Assembly: GCA_027604505.1 (NCBI GenBank)
Contig: JADIIX010000050.1
Coordinates: 124,001-154,883 of the forward strand
Reading direction: 5' to 3'
Source of the DNA: Gonapodya sp. JEL0774
Lineage: Eukaryota
Length of the DNA stretch: 30,883 nucleotides
Shown: positions 21,897 through 30,883 of the stretch, piece after piece
Layout: the number at the start of each line of letters is the position of its first letter
Position numbering within the stretch: the stretch's first letter is position 1
Translations under genes and position numbers: made by a program
Notes under the pieces: model-generated
What the model was told of the DNA's origin: nothing
Seen by the model: only the letters and a program-made list of their open reading frames with translations
The model's database searches: none

Positions 21897-24800
21897 ATGT
21901 CGGCCGACTCGCCCTTCTGGCGCCGCATAAAGCCTGCCACCACTCACGCACCACTTACTCAACGGCAAATAACTCGTGGTGTCATCGACTTCACTCCGTA
22001 TGCTCCTTCCCCATCTCCCGCACATATATGGCCTCCAATCGACTCGACCTCCTCCGCTCCTCCCTCCCTATTCTCCTCTTCATCCTCCCTCTCTTCGGCA
22101 TCGGCATCCGCACCTGCACCTACAGCTCACCTTTCAAATCCCTTCTCTAATGCCGCGTCCTCGCAATCGAAGCCTTTGTTCGACCCGGACAGCCCCTTTG
22201 TATCCCTCCCTACATCCTCGTCCTCATCCTCAATGCGACTTCCCCTCCCTCCTGCTGCTGGCCCTTCCGGCCCCACGCCTCCCACGCGGCCTACACAAGG
22301 CAAGCGCAAGTCTCTTACACCCCAAAAGCCTCGCCCGCCACCGCCTTCTTCGTTTGGTGCAGCTTCCACCGCTCCAGCCCGAAGGGACCCCGCAGACACA
22401 CCCCGTCTCACCATAAAGAAGGCCAACCTCGCCCTCAGCCATCATCAAGGCAACGATCAGAGCGAGTTGGTGTATGTAAATGCTGAACCGGATTCCGAGA
22501 ACCGGAATATTTCACTGTCTGGCAAGACCACCAAACTCGAGTCCCGGGAAGATGCAGTTGGATACGGTACGTTCCGAGATGCGTTAAGGGGCAGCAGGAC
22601 AATCAAGAGAATCATGCATTGGATGCCGCATAATCGCGAACGAGAGAGAGTATGATGTAAGAAGGATGAGGCTCTTGGATAGATTGAGAGCCCCAGCTGC
22701 GGTGCCGACCACCAAGGTCAAGGCGCGAGCCGGTAGCAGCTCCCGCATTGGGATCAAAGACATGTTTGAGTTTGGTTCTGGGCTCATTTCTGATCATGCT
22801 CCAATCCCTATCCCCTTCCGACCTCCGTGGCCCCAGAAACTCCTGCCACACTCCTCAACCCACCATCCTCCCCACTCCTCTCGCCCACCACAACCCCTTC
22901 TACCCTACGGGCTCCCGATCCTCCTCGCCCTATTGCCACTCCTTCGACTCGCCACCAACAGCCAGCACATCCGCACCGCTCCTACCCCGTCGCGGACAGA
23001 CTCATGCCTCTTCGCCTGGGGAGAGACTACTCGGCAAGATTTGAAGTGCACGAAAGAGACTTGGGAGGTCCTGATAGTGCGAAGAGGATGTTGGTGGGGG
23101 TGGATGCGATGAAAGGTGGGTTGAATGGGGCAATGGGGGCGGCGAAGACTGGTCTGGTCTTCAGTACGCGGAGCTGCGAATGTCTGGAAAGTGACGCTGG
23201 TATCGTTTCGGGATATCCGGCTGCACCGTTGGCTTCACGAACGCTACCCCATGTTGAGGAGCGATAATTGCGCACCCGCCCTTAAGTGGTGCAGCCAGTG
23301 GAAATCGGAATGTTCGATACTTCGTGTCCCTAACGCTCGTCTTTTGCTCGCGTATCGCTCAATTCCCTTGCCAATAAACAGAGGAGAATACCCGCACCTA
23401 CAATGCGGTCCTCACAACCGAACTCTCGGGATATCCCATTCGACCATCCGACATCTATCCACCTCCGATAACTCCCGATCATCGTCCCCGGCGTACAGGC
23501 CGTCTGTTCGAGTATTGTCCCCCTAACCAGATTCAAAGTGCTGTTTCAGAGACCGAGTCTGATCATTTTGTACGAACTGTGAGGACAAGAGGGGATCGAG
23601 CCGGAGAGGGAAACTCTTGGGTGGCGCCCCGAAGACCACCCGAAATGATGATCGTGGATGGAGAGGGGCAGGAAGCCGATGAGGAAGGGGACAGCGAGGA
23701 CAGCGAAAATGATTGGGCATCTCGTGGCCCGGCTCCCCCCATGCCGATCACTCCTATGCGCTCCCTGTCCTCCAGTAGCTCACTTCTCTCGTCCCGCGCT
23801 CAAGCAATACTTGCCGCTCCCCGTAAAGTGTCACGACCTATTGCTCGAGTTCCTTACAAGGTCCTGGACGCACCTGAGTTGCAAGACGATTTTTACTTGA
23901 ATCTTGTCGATTGGAGTGCGGGGAACACCATGGCTGTGGGATTGTCCAGCTGTGTGTATCTATGGAGTGCAGGATCTGGGAAGGTGACCAAGTTGTGTGA
24001 TTTGGCAGATGGGGGAGATACGGTTACAAGTGTGAGCTGGAATGGCAGGGTGAGTTGTAAAGTTGTTTTTGAGTGCGCGTGTCTAAGTGGATCGATTCCT
24101 TACCTGACTTATTGTTTGCAAAAGGGCACAACACTTGCAGTGGGAACCAATAAGGGCTACGTACAGTTGTGGGACGTGCAGAAGGAAGCTGTGTCGAGAA
24201 CGATGGGGGGTCATAAAGCAAGAGTCGGTACGTATCAATTAAAGAGCGCAGAGGATAATTCTGTTTGGTTACTTTCTGCTTTTCAAATTCCGAATGACTA
24301 GGAACGATGGCGTGGAACGGAGAGAGGTTGTCGAGTGGCGGCCGGGATCGTCAGATTCTCCACCGAGATCCTAACATGCCCGCGGACCACTTCCGTACCC
24401 TCTCTGTCCATAAGCAAGAAGTTTGTGGGCTAAAATGGAATGTTGACGACCAAATTCTAGCGTCTGGTGGCAACGATAACAAGCTCATTATTTGGGACAA
24501 GTTTGATGCTCGACCAAAGTTCCGGCTCACGGACCACAGTGCAGCAGTCAAGGCAATCGCATGGTCACCCCATCAGCGTGGGCTTTTGGCATCTGGTGGT
24601 GGTACTGCTGATCGCAAAATTCGATTCTGGAACGCAGCAACTGGTTCGTGTCTGCAGACGGTCGACACGCTGTCACAGGTGTGCAATTTGGCATGGTCAA
24701 AGACCAGTGTAGAGCTCGTAAGCACGCACGGGTACTCGCAGAACCAGGTTTTAATCTGGGATTATCCATCTATGCGTCCTATCGGGACACTGTCCGGACA

Positions 24801-25051
24801 CACCATGAGAGTTTTGTATCTTGCCATGTCGCCTGACGGTCAGAATATTGTAACGGGTGCCGGAGACGAGACATTGAGATTTTGGGTGAGTGTTGTGTGT
24901 CTGATGAAGGGTAGGACGCACAGGAAAAGCATCTAACAGATTCCCATTCGCTTTGCGCCATATTTCGTTTTCGCTTCAGCGTATTTTTGAGGCATCCAGG
25001 AAGAAGGAGAGGGGTCGCGCTTCGATAACCGATCTGCCGGTGATGCGATAA
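21897..25051 (+). CDS. CDH1: Cdh1/Fizzy-related WD40 APC/C co-activator with a long disordered N-terminus; 5' exon structure uncertain
   Basis: RPIARVPYKVLDAPELQDDFYLNLVDWS, HKQEVCGLKW, LASGGNDNKL, AAVKAIAWSPHQRGLLASGGGTADRKIRFWN, QVCNLAWSK...ELVSTHGYSQNQ, RVLYLAMSPDGQNIVTGAGDETLRFW; last exon ends ...DLPVMR*. Joining the Ser/Pro-rich ORF at 21897 to this gene is inferred. Confidence 0.88.
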
Positions 25052-25224
25052 ATCACAGTGGTTGATGACCCTACTAAGAATTGAATAGCTGGACAGAGTC
25101 ACCATTAGTGTTCGCAGACAGACTTTTGAGTATTCAAGATATCTTTCAGACGATTTCCTGTATCTAGTTAGCAAGTGTAACATAGGACAGCTATATTGCC
25201 AAAGTCATTGATATGTACCATTGT

Positions 25225-27409
25225 TCATGCCCAAGGATTACTAAAGCTAGGGACGGCTACCTTCTTCTTCGGCGAGTTCGATCGTTCAGTCCGCGCCAAC
25301 TTTGCCAGCTGATCGGGACCTCTCCCTCGCGCATCTGATGGCGATGCTGGTTCCGATGTAGTGTCCGACACTTCAGAAGGTGGTCGCACATGTGTACGTT
25401 CCTCCCGTGGTGATGGCCGTATGGGAGAAACAGGCTTTCGCAACTGTTCATCTACTTCCCGCTTGAGCTCTACAGGGTGCCGAAGTAACGGTGTGGGGGC
25501 GGTTTCAATCGGAGTTTCCTCGAGTGCTCGTCGCAACGCCACCACCCAATCCACCATTTCATCCTCCCTGTTCGTTTTCAGGAGGTACCGTGTCTCTGTC
25601 CCGCTGCTCATTGCGGTCGCTGTCTTATCGTCTGCTGCCTCTGGTAAACTACTCGAGCTCCCACCGAGAAGGCTCTTGCTTCCACTTATTTCCACGATCT
25701 CAAAAATTGGACCATTCATGTTGGCAGCAGATTGGGTCACGCCGGGAAGGTCGACAAAGACCCGAGGTTTTCGAAGTTGGATGCTCACCAGGGTTTCAGG
25801 TTTTGTCACTATCCAACGACAAGCGCACAGCGAGGAAAACTTCTTGTCAGGCAGACAAATGAAAATACAAGGCGTGCTCGCCACCACCCACTTTTTCGGT
25901 AAAACAGGTCACCGGCATCGGTGGCCTTCGTGGAGAAGAACCCCTTTGTTTCACTATGTTGAAAGAGGTGGAAATATCCGCTTTCTGCACAATGTTCCGG
26001 TTGATTTTAGTAGAACCTCGTTCGATTGCACAACAATTGAGCTTAAGAGCCCTTTCACATACGTGTAAGCACTGCCCATACAGGCTTCCACGAATTCCTG
26101 AAGAACCCCCCTTGCCTGAACACCAGTCCTTCCTTGACAACGCCCGGGTGTTCCACCTCGTACGAAAATGTGTCGACCGACAAAGGTACGGCAAACTTTT
26201 CGGAAGCAACAATATCGTGCCGTCGAGAGAATTCCGAAAACGGTGAAGACGATTTCATTTGGTCCAGGAAGGTCGTGAACACAATGGTCTGTTGAGTCAT
26301 CGCTTGGTGAAATGCTCGAACACAGCTAGCATGCTCCCTCCAAGCACTATGAATCCATTCAGTGAGGTCAGACGACATACCAGTGCATTCAAATGCGCCA
26401 GGGAAAGCGACTCCATGGCTCACTTGCAAAGGTCCTCAACCAGCCTCCGATCCGACTCCGCAGCCTGGACAAAGAGCTCTGCAGTACCTTTGCGGTACTC
26501 GTTCTCGATATCCACCATCCCTCGAATGACATTGGAAAGAACCTGGCTGGACAGGAAGGGATCTGGGGCACCACAACCACGAACGGAGATGGACCCTGAA
26601 TCGGGCATCACAACCCGTTCTACAACACAGATAATAGCTCACCTGCTGAGGTCATGAAACGGGAGGCTGCACGCTTGCTTTGGGCCGATTCGTATTTGCT
26701 GATGGCATCGAGTGTCTCCACCCGAGCCTTGTCGGCCGGAGCATACAGTTTGTCATACGCCTTTTTGAATTTCTGGACCGGCAGAAAGACCATTTGTGAC
26801 GACAACGAAGAAACTTTGACTGAAGTCCACAAATCACTCATACCTTGCCATCGTTCATCACCCTGTCCCGCAAGAGTTTAATTTTTTTGAGAGACTCGTC
26901 TTCCACTTTGACGATGATCTGATACTGTGCCGAATATTCGCTTAATGTGAGGGCAACAGCGTTGATGTTGGACTCAGTTCCTGCGATTTCATCGACTGTA
27001 GGAGTGAATACGGACGCAAGGCGTGCATACTCTTTCTGCAAAGGGACAAAAGAGATCAATCGGTGAGATAACACGATGCCTTGAGAGTTCCATGTGCCAA
27101 GAAATTGGACAGCTTTGACTCTTTCACGACACCGGACAAAGCTCACCCCAAGTCGGGTCTCCGCCTCCTGAATTGTCGTTAAAGAAGTGACGACTTCCTC
27201 CAAAATAGTCCCCCATATTCTAAATGGTCATCTTTAGCAAGGTTTCGGGTGAAAAGGGAGCGTAGCGAGAATTTACCGAAATCGTTCCTGGACGATCAAA
27301 GCTCGTCTTGCCTGTTCGCTCGAGTTCGGCCAATACAGAAGAAACTTGGGGTTGACAAAAGGTTTCTCGACAACAGTAACTGGTGGCTCCGTGGTTGCGG
27401 ACATCATCG
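25225..27409 (-). CDS. Slm1/Slm2-like protein (N-terminal BAR-like helical domain plus PH domain)
   Basis: Long coiled-coil region with DPFL, then PH strands VVKEGLVFRQGGFFRNSWKPVWAVLT...PETLVSIQL...FEIVE...YLLKTNREDEMVDWVVALR; C-terminal FSNPWA. Confidence 0.7.
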
Positions 27410-27575
27410 GTTAGGAGTGGAGGAATGATTGTGGGTCAGAGCTCAGATGTGAAGATCGGGCGCGGGCGTATTCTGGTCAAACCGAAACCTGCAGAAGGCG
27501 GAATTGCTTTTCGCCGGTGCCAAAGTTTTGTCACGAGGATGTATTCTGCTTGAATTTTCGTCGATTGCATTGTAT

Positions 27576-28173
27576 ATGGAAGACGCTTTACCGGGATTAT
27601 TGGTAGTGTGGAACCTTTCAAGTGAGTGTCCCCTCTCCTCTCTCCGCTCTTCAATTAGAGTTCATCTGTATGACCCATTTCAAAACAGGTTTGACATTTG
27701 GTATACAGAAATTAATGTCAAATTCAGTTGACTGCACAGGCCCTCACGCGGGCTATAAAAGGGCTCGAATGTAAAGTCTCACATCCATCCAAAACAAAGC
27801 AATGAGTGATGAGCGCTGGTAGCCGAAGTCTCTCCTTCGCGGCGGAGACGCGTGACGTAGGGTTGATGGCCCCACACCACCTTGTTACCGTAAATTTGAC
27901 CCAGAAAATCTCTGACATTGCTTCATGGAGTCGGATTCGTCTGGATTTCTCTGCTACCACATCGACACCGCCATCGTTTGAGAAGGAAACGATGCTGAAT
28001 CAGATATCGTCTTTGTGATGTCATCCAAGGACCAACAAGATTCATGGTTGGATGCTCCTTCTGACAGAGTACATATGCTGGGTGTTCGGAAAGCGGATGG
28101 ATTGACTGCGTGCCACTCCGCGACTACAACACTCATTAGCAATACTATTATGACGAGTCATTCATGGGACTAG
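27576..28173 (+). CDS. Possible orphan spliced gene (~141 aa; exons 27576-27621, 27689-27770, 27823-28014, 28068-28173)
   Basis: Three GT-AG introns keep an open frame from ATG to TAG, and the gene sits head-to-head with the Slm1-like gene. No recognisable motif, and two donors (GTAAAG, GTGATG) are weak. Confidence 0.3.
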
Positions 28174-28322
28174 ACTCATGTATTTGTAACTGTAGACCTA
28201 CTCTAGAGGTGGAAATGAAAATTTTTTCCTTTCAACTGTGGTCCGATTAGTTTGATGTCCAAGGTCCCCAAGACGAGTGCTGGTGCTGTCCAAACCGTTG
28301 AGCAACCACACACTCTCTAACA

Positions 28323-29657
28323 ATGCCAGTCGCAGACGTGTGAGTACACTGCTCACGGACAACCAACAACTTAAAGAGTCCAGGGATTCTCTGTTTAAGC
28401 TGCTCAGATCTCTTTGCGGATTCTCCCGACCCCTCCTATTTCCATGTTTACTAACCCCACTCGCCCTGGCCCTCTCTTCTCAAGGAACCGCAAAAACTGG
28501 GGTGATGATGAAGAAGGTGGGTAGTACCAATTGGAGATTGGGCGTATAATTCGCGTTGATTCGCTCTGGTTGATGCAGGCACAGATGCTACTGGCCAGGA
28601 CGAACTCATTGATGTGGTTTTCACAAGAAAGAACGACGTTGGAAAAACCGTCAAAGTGAGCGAAACTAATGCACATGTGCGATTTTAAAATCCCGTGCCT
28701 ATTCACGCTCTGGTTGTTGCAAGGTAACTCGCAAAGTCAAACGGACTCTGGTGAAGACTGTCGCCAACCACGTCGTCGCGGAGCGCAAAAAGTGGGAGAA
28801 GTTTGGAGATGCGAAGGCTGATGGGCGGGGGCCGAATCAGAGCACGACCGTTCCGGGGGAGATTGTGGAACTGAAGATGGGGCCAATCACTTCTGTGAGT
28901 GGACAAATTCGTTGCTCTTGCTCGGCCGTGTCCCCTTCTAATTCGCCTAACATACAATGAATTGGGCAAAAGACAACCGAGAACGCAGATGGTGACGCTG
29001 GAGAAAAGAAGCTCAACGTATCCAAATTCCTCAAATGTCGCATATGCAAGGGTCCTCACCTTACAGCACGGTGTCCCTACAAGGACACTGTGGGCGCAGA
29101 ATCTGACTCGGACTTCATTCCGAGGAAGTCCGACGGTGGGTATTTTGGAGAATCGGGTTGTCCATGTGACGGAGACCGACACCTTTGTTCTGTTGTTGCT
29201 CCGTTAGCTCCAGCTCCAGAACCCGAGGCATCCGCAGGGCGGCCAGGCAAATACGTACCCCCGTCCCTTCGTGACCGTCCAGCCGGTTCTGCAGCACCTA
29301 CCGGTGATTCCATGCGTCCAAGAGACGAGTGGCCCACAATTCGTGTTTCCAACCTTACGGAGGACGCTACGGATGATGACATGAACGATCTTTTCAGGAG
29401 GTTTGGGCGACTGCAGAGGGTCTTCGTATCCAAGGACAGGGACACGGGGCTTTGCAAAGGCTTCGCGTTCATTTCGTTTTACAGCATGGAGGATGCCCAG
29501 AAAGCTATCGAGAAAGTGAACGGGTATGGATACGATAATCTGATTTTGAAGGTCGACTTTGCAGAGTGAGTGATGCTGTCAGACACGTTGCCCAAAGCTG
29601 AAACCGATTATAACCCCTTTTGTGTCACTACTTGTGTTCAGACCGAGGAAGCCGTAG
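28323..29657 (+). CDS. TIF35: Translation initiation factor eIF3 subunit g
   Basis: NWGDDEE, VAERKKWEKFG, zinc knuckle CRICKGPHLTARCPYK, GKYVPPSLR, RRM (TIRVSNLTEDA...GLCKGFAFISF...NGYGYDNLILKVDFA). Confidence 0.97.
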
Positions 29658-29721
29658 GATTTTGTGTTGGTAATTGGTTAAATCTACAATGCATTGATTT
29701 CTGCACATACATGGACTATGT

Positions 29722-30883
29722 TTACACTGCGCGGAAGTTCAAAGTGGAGGAGGTTTTATCTTTGAAGCGAAAAAGAGTATGCTTCAGGTGCTGGAGAGCC
29801 TTTGTAATCTCCTTGCCTCGCTCGTCATTGATTTCGTGAAGTAGGAGCAGCATTTGCAGGATTCGGGCTGCAACGTCGTCAACTCGCCGCCCATCATCTC
29901 CACCAGGATTTTCCATGTTCTTGTCGAGCGCGGCTTTTCCAGTGCTAGTACGCATCAGTCCCCGCAGTGGCAAAACGTGCTAAATAAACCCAAGCCTCAC
30001 CTGAGATACGCTCCAGGTTCGGCAGGATGACAATGTCTCGAAAGGCTCTCATTGCAATTCGTCGGACGTCAAGTGACGCTGAAGACTCGGGATCCCCCTT
30101 CGAGGCGACAAATGTTCGGACCGGAAGGAAACACCCTTCTACTGTCGGCAAGACCGAGAAAAAAAAGGTCCACAGCTCGACTGTTCGGTTCACAACAGTT
30201 TCATTGGTCGTCCCAGACAAGCGGGTGGCGAGAATCGACATGCTTCCCGCTGCCAATAGAAAAGCGATTAGCAAAACAAGTAAAATTACCGGTGACAAAA
30301 TGTAAATGATATGCCGCGCAAGTCGGTACGTCAGTTACGATCGTCGGCTCTGTATATCCCATGGAGTCTCTGCTCCTTTGGCTCACCGATGAATTCATTC
30401 AATTGCGTTTTCAGTACAGGCACTGACCCCGAGTTGTTCTGAATCCAAAGACTGTGCCGAGTTTGTATGAACCATGGAAGGTGATCAGGTGGAAAGTTTG
30501 CTCACACAACATAGGCATTCAAATCCTCCACTGCGGTTCCCCTGAGGCTTTCGCCATTCCATACTGGTCCCACTTTCGCAGTGATCTGTGATATCGACGA
30601 CATGCATGGTGAAGAAACAGGATGATCGGTGGTAACCCGCAACGTACATACTGTTGACCAGGTGTCGCGGTCCGGTACAGTCTGCATCTTTGAGAACGGA
30701 GAAACAAAAGAAATGAAGGGAACATCTGTGTCCGAGGAATCATCGGCATCGGCTGAAGCGTTCTGTCCGGACATTCTTGAGATTGTGTGTCAACACTGGC
30801 ACATAATCGGATAACAGAATTCTGGGGCACCCCATATGGGGTGGTCCCTGCTTCGGATGCTTTGCCACACCCCAGATGAGAAT
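29722..30883 (-). CDS. HbrB-domain protein, Bit61/PRR5 (Protor)-like TORC2 subunit; 5' end outside the window
   Basis: DTWSTV...VGPVWNGESLRGTAVEDLNAYV...LAAGSMSIL...RTVELWTFFFSVLPTVEGCFLPV...LDVRRIAMRAFRDIVILP...ARILQMLLLL, the HbrB pattern. Confidence 0.82.

Noticed and set aside
27823..27915. In-frame TGA (GGDA*RRVDGPTPPC) considered as selenocysteine, since some early-diverging fungi use Sec
   Set aside because: No match to a selenoprotein motif that I know and no convincing SECIS downstream.
28011..28070. GTGATGT...CTGA resembling a C/D box snoRNA
   Set aside because: The C box is imperfect, I could not recognise an rRNA-complementary guide, and it is equally explained as an intron or chance.
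27954..28142. Minus-strand ORF starting MSVVVAEWHAV, reminiscent of the Apc11 N-terminus
   Set aside because: No RING-H2 Cys/His pattern follows in any frame I could splice.

Overview
Gene-dense, intron-rich eukaryotic DNA, most consistent with an early-diverging (chytrid-like, zoosporic) fungus; the taxon is inferred from gene content (ATP19, VMA12, Slm1-like, a SYP7-type SNARE) and short GT-AG introns. By hand-splicing I can support about 18 protein genes: FEN1, PIG-H/GPI15, ATP19, VMA12, a SYP7-like Qc-SNARE, a probable FANCF homologue, an orphan secreted glycoprotein, PDAP1/PP28, MEMO1, CHORDC1, a Snt1/NCoR-like SANT protein, RPL29, FYV10/MAEA, a Cdh1/Fzr-type APC/C activator, a Slm1-like BAR-PH protein, a weak orphan model, eIF3g and a Bit61/PRR5 (HbrB) protein. 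I saw no tRNA, rRNA, CRISPR or transposon. The most notable points are a Fanconi core-complex subunit (FANCF) candidate in a fungus, a ~6 kb GC-rich low-complexity domain (~14.9-20.4 kb) whose introns are often G-rich at the 5' end and C-rich at the 3' end, an RPL29 gene with three consecutive micro-exons and a duplicated element in intron 4, and an APC/C activator with a non-canonical C-box and tail. All family calls come from motif recognition from memory, not from database searches.
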